A program made the translations under genes and the position numbers. 64,000 nucleotides of DNA from positions 16,802,001-16,866,000 of the forward strand of contig NC_091285.1 in assembly GCF_032444005.1 (NCBI RefSeq), written 5' to 3'. The notes under the pieces were generated by a model. That model did no database searches. It was given only the letters and a program-made list of their open reading frames with translations, and was not told the DNA's origin. This document shows, one piece after another, positions 33,630-46,000 of the stretch (positions are counted from its first letter, which is position 1; every line of letters begins with the position of its first letter). Origin of the DNA: Ranitomeya imitator. Taxonomy: Eukaryota.

Positions 33630-35396
33630 TCAGCTGAAGAAAATCTCCCGGACGTATTTTAGGGGGTCGTCGTCCGGGTCGTCAGAGTCATTACATGATG
33701 GCGGCTTAGTCCGCGGTTTCTCGGATCCGGCGGCAGTCGGAGGCGTCTCCTCACGGCCGGCAGAGGGGGAGGCCGCCTCGTTTTTGCTCTTCTCCTCTTC
33801 TCTCTGTACTTTACTCTAGAAGGAGAAATGATAAAAGCCTCACAGCAGGAACAATATTGGGGGTTGTAGTAGGTGTGAAATTGCTTGAGAAAACCTCAAT
33901 GCCTACAATCAGGCAGAGACCATGTGGGATGATGCGCCCCCTGCTGGAGCCTCGGGGTGGTGACTCCGATCACACCATTATGTACGGCAGCGCCCCCTGC
34001 TGGAGCCTCGGGGTGGTGGCTCCGATCACACCATTATGTACAGCAGCGCCCCCTGCTGGCACCTCGGGGTGGTGACTCCGATCACACCATTATGTACGGC
34101 AGCGCCCCCTGCTGGCGCCTCGGGGTGGTGACTCCGATCACACCATTATGTACGGCAGCGCCCCCTGCTGGAGCCTCGGGGTGGTGACTCCGATCACACC
34201 ATTATGTACAGCAGCGCCCTCTGCTGGAGCCTCGGGGTGGTGACTCCGATCACACCATTATGTACGGCAGCGCCCCCTGCTGGAGCCTCGGGGTGGCGGC
34301 TCCGATCACACCATTATGTACGGCAGCGCCCCCTGCTGGAGCCTCGGGGTGGCGACTCCGATCACACCATTATGTACGGCAGCGCCCCCTGCTGGAGCCT
34401 CGGGGTGGCGACTCCGATCACACCATTATGTACGGCAGCGCCCCCTGCTGGAGCCTCGGGGTGGCGACTCCGATCACACCATTATGTACGGCAGCGCCCC
34501 CTGCTGGAGCCTCGGGGTGGCGACTTCGATCACACCATTATGTACGGCAGCGCCCCCTGCTGGAGCCTCGGGGTGGTGACTCCGATCACACCATTATGTA
34601 CAGCAGGGCCCCATGCTGGAGCTTCGGGGTGGTGACTCCGATCACACCATTATGTACGGCAGCGCCCCCTGCTGGCGCCTCGGGGTGGTGACTCCGATCA
34701 CACCATTATGTACGGCAGCGCCCCCTGCTGGAGCCTCGGGGTGGTGACTCCGATCACACCATTATGTACGGCAGCGCCCCCTGCTGGAGCCTCGGGGTGG
34801 TGACTCCGATCACACCATTATGTACAGCAGCGCCCTCTGCTGGAGCCTCGGGGTGGTGACTCCGATCACACCATTATGTACGGCAGCGCCCCCTGCTGGA
34901 GCCTCGGGGTGGTGACTCCGATCACACCATTATGTACGGCAGCGCCCCCTGCTGGAGCCTCGGGGTGGTGACTCCGTTCACACCATTATGTACGGCAGCG
35001 CCCCCTGCTGGAGCCTCGGGGTGGTGACTCCGATCACACCATTATGTACAGCAGCGCCCTCCAGTGGCTCGGACCCCTCGCGGCGCAGTACCTGGCTCAG
35101 CACCTCCAGGGCGCACTCCACCAGCTCCCGCTCATTCATACAATACACCGTCCTCTTCCTGGAAGAAACCGAACTAAAACAGAAATAAAAAGCAAAGTCA
35201 GAACAGCAGCGGCAGAGGCCCCTGCAGCCACTAACACTGGAGGGTCCGTGTAACTACAGTCAGAGACCCCCATATCTCACACTTGTGTCTTCCTCCTCCG
35301 CGGTTCTGCGCTGTGCGGCTTTTTGGGCGCGGAGTTATCATCTGTCATCCAGGAGGGGAGCAGCCGCCTCTTCACTGCGGAGCCAGCGGCGTCCAT
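33630..35396 (-). CDS. CYREN: CYREN/MRI, cell cycle regulator of NHEJ; 3 coding exons, 122 aa
   Basis: Exons 35396-35281, 35158-35092 and 33815-33630 with GT-AG sites and matching phases. Motifs KRRLLPSWM (Ku-binding), RTVYCMNERELVECAL and PLKYVREIFFS-stop (XLF-like). AATAAA at 33599-33604. Adjacent to WDR91 as in human. Confidence 0.92.
33934..35060. repeat. 56-bp CTCF-motif minisatellite, about 20 units, in CYREN intron 2
   Basis: Same unit and orientation as 3847-5545. Confidence 0.95.
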
Positions 35397-36051
35397 GTCA
35401 CTAACAGACGACTGTTATTAATGCCTCGCCCACAACAATGGCGGCCACAGCGCCCATCACTAAAGTGCCCCCATAATACAGTGCCCCCATAATAACTACA
35501 GCACCGCCATCACTACAGTGCCCCCATAATAATTACAGTGCCCCCATAATGGTTACAGTGCCTCCATAATTACTGCACCCTCGTAACTACAGCACTCAAT
35601 TACAGCGCTCCTAACTACTGCACCCCATAATTACAGCGCCCCATAACAATTCTAGCACCCCCATCTTAAAGCCCCCAAAATTACAGCATCCACCTCCATC
35701 ATTACCACAGCGCTCCATAATTAGAGCCCCCCTATTATAAGCACAGCACCCCATCTTAATCCCACTGCTCCAGTCACAGCGCCCCCATCAGGTCCCCAGC
35801 CCCCTCCCATCACCGCCATGTACCTGTAATTAACCAGTTCGCTGCCTCATACTTATGTTTCCACAGGTTAGTGAGCGCGCACAGGGTGAGTCAGTGCAGG
35901 ACCCGCAGCCTCACAGCTGAAGCCCCTCATGCTCACACCCGGATCGGGCGACTTCCTCAATTTAGCAAGAACTACATTCCCCAAACTGCAGCGCGCTACC
36001 AGCCGGAAGGCGGCACCAGTACATTATTACATCCGCAGTAACCACGAGTGA

Positions 36052-36136
36052 CCGCTAGATGGCGCTGCTGCACTAGGAACTTATGAAAGGATCTATTATC
36101 CACTGCGCAGCACGTCTATTTACCACCAGGTGGCGC
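36052..36136 (+). promoter_or_regulatory. Two CTCF consensus sites (36052-36065, 36123-36136)
   Basis: CCGCTAGATGGCGC and CCACCAGGTGGCGC fit CCRSYAGRKGGCRS. The first has an upstream GCAGTAACC resembling the ZF9-11 upstream motif. Confidence 0.6.
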
Positions 36137-36832
36137 TGGCTGCAATAGAAAGTCCTCAGGAGTTCTCCACTTACTGCTCTTATTGTGGGGGGCAGCTTTA
36201 TACTGGGGGGGTCCCTGGTGATCAGGAGGAGCTGGCTGATAATGTTACAGTCCGGCAGAACTTATTTTCCCAATGTTTCTCCTGTGCAGCTGCTGTTAGC
36301 AACTGGGACCCTATTCTGGCACAGGTGGGTACTAGTAGCAGGGGCCTAACTACAGCGGGGGCAGCGCACGAGCGCCAGAAGCCTAAGCGAGACCCTCGAT
36401 GAGGAGGAATACTGTTAAAGATCCTTATAGTTGTGGCCAGGGTGGAGAGTTTCCGCGAGAGTCAGGCAGCGACATTCCCTTTAAGAGGCAAGGTCCATTT
36501 TTCTATAAGATCCTGACTTTGGTAGGTGGTCCCTTGACTAAGCTGCACCCCCTTAGCGGATAAGCTCCTCCCTACCATCACACCTTTTGATAAGCCCCTC
36601 CTCCCCACACTGACTCCTCCTCCCCACACTGACTCCTCCTCCCCACACCGATCTGCCGGTTGTCAGCGCGTTTTGTCACCATTGTTGTCAGATTGCAGGA
36701 ATTTACCACACACTTTGTGATTCTCTTAGATGCGCCGTGTCCCCATATAACCCTCATCACCACCGCCCCTTTAAGGACATCTATAAATAAGAGGCGGAGT
36801 CAGGACCGGGGGAGGGGAACACCACATTTGGG

Positions 36833-36838
36833 TTTATT
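36833..36838 (-). terminator. Candidate WDR91 poly(A) signal
   Basis: AATAAA on the minus strand about 205 nt after the stop. Confidence 0.45.
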
Positions 36839-37043
36839 GGAGTAATACGGTAACACATTAATACTGCGCTCGGTGCTGGACTGTGCGGCGGCCATGATGG
36901 CGTCTGCTACGGCCTGAGAGGGGTCCTGGAGCACGCTGTGTACCGGAGCTTACGATTGGTCCCTGGCGGTCGTCCGTCGTGTTGTCTAAATATATCGGAC
37001 CCTCGAACTAAAAGGAGAATTCACAGGTGCTCGGATCCCCCCG

Positions 37044-40000
37044 CTATTTCTGGGCCAGCAGAGTGGTCAGCCGGATTTTTCCGTCCATGGAGGCCGTTAA
37101 GCAGGTGCCACATTCCACGGCCGTGCTCCAGTCCACAGTGACCACCGGGGCCCGGTGCCCCCCGAGGGACAGACAGTTCTCCAGCGTGCTGCCGTCACTG
37201 TTCAGCTGCAGGAAACAGAGCAAAGCGTGAGGACGGAGCGACCAAAGCAGCACAGTCGGCTCTGCTACACCGGAGTCTATACAGAGCAAAAAGCAGCACA
37301 GTCGGCTCTGCTACACCAGAGTCTATACAGAGCAAAAAGCAGCACAGTCGGCTCTGCTACACCGGAGTCTATACAGAGCAAAAAGCAGCACAGTCGGCTC
37401 TGCTACACCAGAGTCTATACAGAGCAAAAAGCAGCACAGTCGGCTCTGCTACACCAGAGTCTATACAGAGCAAAAAGCAGCACAGTCGGCTCTGCTACAC
37501 CAGAGTCTATACAGAGCAAAAAGCAGCACAGTCAGCTCTGCTACATAGGAGTCTATACAGAGCAAAAAGCAGCACAGTCAGCTCTGCTACATAGGAGTCT
37601 ATACAGAGCAAAAAGCAGCACAGTCGGCTCTGCTACACCAGAGTCTATACAGAGCAAAAAGCAGCACAGTCGGCTCTGCTACATAGGAGTCTATACAGAG
37701 CAAAAAGCAGCACAGTCGGCTCTGCTACACCGGAGTCTATACAGAGCAAAAAGCAGCACAGTCGGCTCTGCTACACCGGAGTCTATACAGAGCAAAAAGC
37801 AGCACAGTCGGCTCTGCTACACCAGAGTCTATACAGAGCAAAAAGCGACACAGTCAGCTCTGCTACACCGGAGTCTATACAGAGCAAAAAGCAGCACAGT
37901 CAGCTCTGCTACACCGGAGTCTATTCAGAGCAAAAAGCAGCACAGTCAGCTCTGCTACATAGGAGTCTATACAGAGCAAAAAGCAGCACAGTCGGCTCTG
38001 CTACACCAGAGTCTATACAGAGCAAAAAGCGACACAGTCGGCTCTGCTACACCGGAGTCTATACAGAGCAAAAAGCAGCAGACGGCTCTGCTACACCGGA
38101 GTCTATACAGAGCAAAAAGCAGCACAGTCGGCTCTGCTACACCAGAGTCTATACAGAGCAAAAAGCAGCACAGTCGGCTCTGCTACACCGGAGTCTATAC
38201 AGAGCAAAAAGCAGCACAGTCGGCTCTGCTACACCAGAGTCTATACAGAGCAAAAAGCGACACAGTCAGCTCTGCTACACCGGAGTCTATACAGAGCAAA
38301 AAGCAGCACAGTCAGCTCTGCTACATAGGAGTCTATACAAAGCAAAAAGCAGCACAGTCAGCTCTGCTACATAGGAGTCTATACAGAGCAAAAAGCAGCA
38401 CAGTCGGCTCTGCTACACCAGAGTCTATACAGAGCAAAAAGCGACACAGTCGGCTCTGCTACACCAGAGTCTATACAGAGCAAAAAGCAGCACAGTCAGC
38501 TCTGCTACATAGGAGTCTATACAGAGCAAAAAGCAGCACAGTCGGCTCTGCTACACCAGAGTCTATACAGAGCAAAAAGCAGCACAGTCAGCTCTGCTAC
38601 ATAGGAGTCTATACAGAGCAAAAAGCAGCACAGTCGGCTCTGCTACACCAGAGTCTATACAGAGCAAAAAGCAGCACAGTCAGCTCTGCTACATAGGAGT
38701 CTATACAGAGCAAAAAGCAGCATAGTCGGCTCTGCTACACCGGAGTCTATACAGAGCAAAAAGCAGCACAGTCGGCTCTGCTACACCAGAGTCTATACAG
38801 AGCAAAAAGCAGCACAGTCGGCTCTGCTACACCGGAGTCTATACAGAGCAAAAAGCAGCACAGTCGGCTCTGCTACATAGGAGTCTATACAGAGCAAAAA
38901 GCAGCAGTCGGCTCTGCTACACCGGAGTCTATACAGAGCAAAAAGCAGCACAGTCAGCTCTGCTACATAGGAGTCTATACAGAGCAAAAAGCAGCACAGT
39001 CGGCTCTGCTACACCAGAGTCTATACAGAGCAAAAAGCGACACAGTCAGCTCTGCTACACCGGAGTCTATACAGAGCAAAAAGCAGCACAGTCAGCTCTG
39101 CTACATAGGAGTCTATACAGAGCAAAAAGCAGCACAGTCGGCTCTGCTACACCAGAGTCTATACAGAGCAAAAAGCGACACAGTCGGCTCTGCTACACCG
39201 GAGTCTATACAGAGCAAAAAGCAGCACAGTCGGCTCTGCTACACCGGAGTCTATACAGAGCAAAAAGCAGCACAGTCGGCTCTGCTACACCAGAGTCTAT
39301 ACAGAGCAAAAAGCAGCACAGTCGGCTCTGCTACATAGGAGTCTATACAGAGCAAAAAGCAGCACAGTCGGCTCTGCTACACCGGAGTCTATACAGAGCA
39401 AAAAGCAGCACAGTCGGCTCTGCTACACCAGAGTCTATACAGAGCAAAAAGCAGCACAGTCGGCTCTGCTACACCAGAGTCTATACAGAGCAAAAAGCAG
39501 CAGACGGCTCTGCTACACCAGCGTCTGAGGAGTCTATACAGAGCAAAAAGCGACAGTCGGCTCTGCTACACCGGTGTGTGAGGAGTCTATAGGGACCAGA
39601 GAGCGGCACAGTCGGCTCTGCTACACCGGGGTCTGAGGAGTCTATAGGGACCAGAGAGCGGCACAGTCGGCTCTGCTACACCGGCGTGTGAGGAGACTAT
39701 AGGGACCAGAGAGCGGCACAGTCGGCTCTGCTACACCGGTGTGTGAGGAGTCTATAGGGACCAGAGAGCGGCACAGTCGGCTCTGCTACACTGGCATGTG
39801 AGGCGTCTATAGGGACCAGAGAGCGGCACAGTCGGCTCTGCTACACCGGGGTCTGAGGAGTCTATAGGGACCAGAGAGCGGCACAGTCGGCTCTGCTACA
39901 CCGGCACCGCTATCACAACCCGTGAATACAGCAGACGTTCCCGGCCGCGACCCTCGGGATCCTCTCACCTTATAAATGACTCCGCCGGTGCTGGAGCACG

Positions 40001-43000
40001 TCAGCATGTAGTTTCCTTCCGAGTCGAAAGCGAAGAGTCGTCCGCGAGGAAACTGCACCTGTTTGTAGCCCGAGTAGCCGGACAGCATGAAGGGCCCCGT
40101 GGCGTCAGGAGGCAGCGAGTACTCCGACACTTTCTGGCCGCTCTTGTGAATGTTCCACTGAATAAACTGGAGAGAAAAAAAAATGTTATTCCCCGACTTC
40201 AGGAAGTGGAAACAGTCAGCAAGCTGGTGAAGCCAGGGACACTTGGCGATCAGCGGGGACATTGTTCAGATGCGTTTATATGTAAAATACAACTCAGCGA
40301 CTCGTCCTCATTAAAAAACAGCGATGCTCGTTTTGTGTATACAGCTCCTGTACAGATCTATGTGTATCCATGGTAACAGACTACAAAGAAACTGTGTAGT
40401 CAGATCCTGCAGTTATAGGGGAGCGCAGGATAGGACTACAACCCCCAGCATGCGCCGCTCACCTTCCCATCCTCTCCGATGCTGTACACAGCGTTCTCAT
40501 CGTAGCAGAAGTCTACAGAGTACACCTCCCCCCGGTGCGCCTCCCAACTCATCGCACACTGGTGCTGCTGCATGTCTGCGGAGCAAAGACACCAACTGTA
40601 CGTCCAGCATGCACAAGGACACGTCACTTAAAAGGGACAGTGCACCCGAGCATGAAAAGGAAAAAACCAAGAAGGACAGCGCCCTCTACTGATGAGAAGG
40701 AAATATAACACCACACACTGCGCCACTTACCAAAGAGCCGAATCACACCGTCAGCGGCACCGGTCACCAGCAGATTGCCATTATGGTTGAATGAGGTGCA
40801 GTTCACAGCGATGGGAACGGGCTCCAGAGAGAACTGCAGCTGTGGAGGGAAAAACGGGGACGTAGTAATGTAATGTGTGTACACAGGGACTGCACCAGCA
40901 GAATAGTGAGTGCAGCTCTGGAGTATAATACAGGATGTAACTCAGGATCAGTAATGTACGTACACAGTGACTGCACCAGCAGAATAGTGAGTGCAGCTCT
41001 GGAGTATAATACAGGAGGTAACTCAGGATCAGTAATGTAATGTATGTACACAGTGACTGCACCAGCAGAATAGTGAGTGCAGCTCTGGGGTATAATACAG
41101 GATGTAACTCAGGATCAGTAATGTAATGTATGTACACAGGGACTGCACCAGCAGAATAGTGAGTGCAGCTCTGGGGTATAATACAGGATGTAACTCAGGA
41201 TCAGTAATGTACGTACACAGTGACTGCACCAGCAGAATAGTGAGTGCAGCTCTGGAGTATAATACAGGAGGTAACTCAGGATCAGTAATGTAATGTATGT
41301 ACACAGTGACTGCACCAGCAGAATAGTGAGTGCAGCTCTGGAGTATAATACAGGAGGTAACTCAGGATCAGTAATGTAATGTATGTACACAGTGACTGCA
41401 CCAGCAGAATAGTGAGTGCAGCTCTGGAGTATAATACAGGAGGTAACTCAGGATCAGTAATGTAATGTATGTACACAGTGACTGCACCAGCAGAATAGTG
41501 AGTGCAGCTCTGGAGTATAATACAGGAGGTAACTCAGGATCAGTAATGTAATGTATGTACACAGACACTGCACCAGCAAAATAGTGAGTGCAGCTCTGGA
41601 GTATAATACAGGAGGTAACTCAGGATCAGTAATGTATGTACACAGTGACTGCACCAGCAGAATAGTGAGTGCAGCTCTGGAGTATAATACAGGATGTAAC
41701 TCAGGATCAGTAATGTAAGTACACAGTGACTGCACCAGCAGAATAGTGAGCGCAGCTCTGGAGTAACACCCTATACCAGGCTTCTTACTTGCTGTTTCAT
41801 GGTCTTGGTGTCCCACAGTAGCAGTCGTCCCGGCACTTGGTTGCCGCCGTTCTCTCCGGTCCCGGGGATGGGAAGCTCTGGGGCCGATGATGGGGCTGCG
41901 GCTGAACACACGAAGGACGTCCCGCTGGGGTTACAGGCCAGTGAGAGGATCCTAGGAGCACAGAGATCCTCGGTGTCACATACCGCACAGGTCGGTGACC
42001 CCGGACCCCCGTAGGGCGGCGCTCACCTCGGCATGTCGTCACAGATCCCGATCTCACAGAGGTTTTTCTTGGCTTCGGTGTCATACAGGCGAACGGTGCC
42101 GACCTCACTGCCCAGCAAGAGCTGCGCTCGGGGAGAAGAACAGAGTGGTGACGTGGGCTCCGCAGGCTCCGAGGGTGCGGGGCCCCTGTACGCCGCCCGT
42201 ACTCACCAGTCGGTCCCGCTTAGTCGCCCACTCCAGGGACAGGAGCGCAGATTTGGATATGGCCGACGCCTTGGTCTGCATGATACCGTCGATGGACCAA
42301 ACCTTGATAACCCCGTCCACGTCCAGGCTGGCGACACGTCGGCCCGAGCAGTCGACCCTGGAAGGCAAGAAAACAGCGGAGTCAGAGCGACCACCCATAA
42401 ACCTCCGTCCACTGCTGACAGTTTGTTACAATGTATCAGGAAGTCCCGAGGACCTGCAGTGCATGATGGAGGAGTGGTGCTCTCCATACTCGTCCTGGCT
42501 GAGCACGATGAACGGCTGCTCCGCTTTCTCCCCTCCTCCGCCCGACGAGACCCCCTTCACCCCTCTCATCAGAGCGTCCACCGGGTCATGCGGGGTCTCG
42601 GGGCGAAGCTCGGACTCAGCGTCTGATGTCTCCGACTTCTTGTCCAGGCTTTGCTGTAAGAGACGACACATCTTCAGGTTTCCTCTCGTGCTGCCCCTAT
42701 TCTCTAGAATGCTCTTTCTAGGCTCAGACTTGCCCAAATTAAAAAAAAAGTCTTAATAGTCCTTCAAAGCCGACCTGTCCACTTCCCTCCCCCCATTTAG
42801 AGTCTCATTCCCTCTTTTCGTAAATGTCTCCTCACCTGTGACTGCGTCTTGGAGAACAGCTCCTTCCTCTCCTGGAGGCGCCGCTGCCTCTGCTGCACCA
42901 TACTGACCTCAGGGACGGCCGGGGCGCCGAGGACACTGGTCACACTCTTCACCTCCTTAGTCACACACAGGGTCTCTTTCGTTTTCTGGGCCTGAAAAAA

Positions 43001-46000
43001 GAAACGTTTAACTGGTATTGTTCTCTGTTATCAGCCATGTCAGGCTACAAAGAGGCCGAGATCACACGGTCCGGACACAAACGGCAAATCAATACCTGAC
43101 TGTTCCCCGGATCTTTCTTCAGGGGAAGACCAGCGGCGCTCTGTGTCGGAGAGGAGATGGCGGCTGGGGGAGGCTTGGGGACTTTCTTGCTCTGTGGCAG
43201 CAAAGAAGAGAGGAACCCGGTGGTCTTCTGGGACTGGACAGCGGATCCGGAGGTCCTCTGACTGGAGATCATGGTACTGCGAATGTGAGCACAACATTAC
43301 GTCACAGCAGCATTATAGCAGTTATATTCTTGTACATAGGAGCAGTATTATAGTAGTTATATTCTTGTACATAGGGGCTGTATTATAGTAGTTATATTCT
43401 TTTACATAGGGGCAGTATTATAGTAGTTATATTCTTGTACATAGGGGCAGTATTATAGTAGTTATATTCTTGTACATAGGGGGCAGTATTATAGTAGTTA
43501 TATTCTTGCACATAGGGGGCAGTATTATAGTAGTTATATTCTTGCACATAGGGGGCAGTATTATAGTAGTTATATTCTTGCACATAGGGGGCAGTATTAT
43601 AGTAGTTATATTCTTGTATATAGGGGCAGTATTATAGTAGTTATATTCTTGCACATAGGGGGCAGTATTATAGTAGTTATATTCTTGTATATAGGGGCAG
43701 TATTATAGCAGTTATATTATTGTACATAGGGGCAGTATTATAGTAGTTATATTCCTGTACATAGGAACAGTATTATAGTAGTTATATTCTTGTACATAGG
43801 AGCAGTATTATAGTAGTTATATTCTTGTACATAGGGGCAGTATTGTAGTTATATTCTTGTACATAGGGGCAGTATTATAGTAGTTATACTCTTGTACATA
43901 GGGGCAGTATTATAGTAGTTATATTCCTGTACATAGGGGCAGTATTATAGTAGTTATATTCTTGTACATAGGGGGCAGTATTATAGTAGTTATATTCTTG
44001 TACATAGGGGGCAGTATTATAGTAGTTATATTCTTATACATAGGAGGCAGTATTATAGTAGTTATATTCTTGTACATAGGAGCAGTATTATAGTAGTTAT
44101 ATTCTTGTACATAGGGGGCAGTATTATAGTAGTTATATTCTTGTACATAGGGGCAGTATTATAGTAGTTATATTCTTGTACATAGGGGCAGTATTATAGC
44201 AGTTATATGTATTGGTGTTGTCCTGATGTCACTCACAGCTCGGAGTCTCCCAGACGATCCATGTTGGAGACGTAGTGCGGCAGCTTATGGTGAACCATAG
44301 GGCCGTCATCCCCCTCTTTTTTCAGCCGGTGCGCCTCTGCCTGAAGAGCAAAGAGCTAAGAAAACAACAGATGTAGTCATGGAAAGAAGAAAATAAAAAT
44401 GTAAAATGGCATTTCCCTCTGGACCCTGACACTCGCCCTTCTTTCGCTCCTCCTCTCCCACCTTCTGTCTCAGCGCCTCGTTCTCCTCTTGTACATGGAA
44501 GATTCTCTGACATTCCGCATCAAAGTTCAGGATAGTTGGGATCGGTGCAGGTTAAAGTTAAAGGAAAACTCCGTCTCCAATAAACTTACATAAATTACAT
44601 TTCTATTTCTAAGATTAAATTCATACAATATGGAACATTCTGTACTGGTTTTACATTAAATTATGTTTTTCTTCTCTAGTCGCCCCAAAACTAAACTGTG
44701 GATTTAACAGGTTCCTTTTACCAAGGTACAAACGGCATTGTGGGAGTCTGATACATTACACATCAAGGCATTCGATGTGCAGACACCGAACAAGCAGGAG
44801 ATCTGCACAATTGTATCCGCAGACACTGAACAAGCAGGAATACTGGGGGATTTGCACAATTGTATCCGCAGACACTGAACAAGCAGGAATAATGAGGGAT
44901 TTACACAATTGTATCCACAGACACTGAACAAGCAGGAATACTGGGGGATTTGCACAATTGTATCCGCAGACACTGAACAAGCAGGAATACTGGGGGATTT
45001 ACACAATTGTATCCGCAGACACCGAACAAGCAGGAATACTGGGGGATTTACACAATTGTATCCACAGACACTGAACAAGCAGGAATACTGAGGGATTTAC
45101 ACAATTGTATCCACAGACACTGAACAAGCAGGAATACTGGGGGATTTACACAATTGTATCCACAGACACTGAACAAGCAGGAATACTGAGGGATTTACAC
45201 AATTGTATCCACAGACACTGAACAAGCTGGAATACTGGGGGATCAATTGTATCCGCAGACACTGAACAAGCAGGAATACTGGGGGATTTACACAATTGTA
45301 TCCGCAGACACTGAACAAGCAGGAATACTGGGGGATTTACACAATTGTATCCACAGACACTGAACAAGCAGGAATACTGAGGGATTTACACAATTGTATC
45401 CACAGACACTGAACAAGCTGGAATACTGGGGGATTTACACAATTGTATCCGCAGACACTGAACAAGCAGGAATACTGGGGGATTTACACAATTGTATCCG
45501 CAGACACTGAACAAGCAGGAATACTGGGGGATTTACACAATTGTTTATTTCGGGAGAGTTTATCTCGCACCCTATATTTTGCTTTCCCAGTAAGGATATG
45601 CATGCACTGGAAGAGGACGCTGAGGAAGTTGTGCAGAGACACGGTGAAGGTGTCTGCCCACTGCCGGGAGAAGTACGTGGAGAAGGTCGGGTTGACATCG
45701 GGCGCAGGAAGAAAAGGAAGCGCGAACCATTCCTTCCATTCGGCCTGGTTCTGCAGCTCCGGCGCCTGCTTCTGGAAGAAGTCGTGCGCTTTGTCCGTCC
45801 GGCTGCTCTGTAATAGAATATTACGTACGGAGGGATTAACAGTTGTACGCCGCTGACACCTAGTGGCCAAAGTGGCGCAACTACAGACAGGTTTAAAAAA
45901 CAAAATCTCACTTTACAGCCTACAGCAAAGTGTCTTAGGAGGATTAAGGAATATGTGTCAGGACCCGTACCTGTATGGTGCACACCAGGTAATAGCGGAA

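Noticed and set aside
37155-38696. 513-aa repetitive ORF
   Set aside because: It is the 46-bp intronic array read antisense to WDR91; its 46-aa period equals three repeat units.
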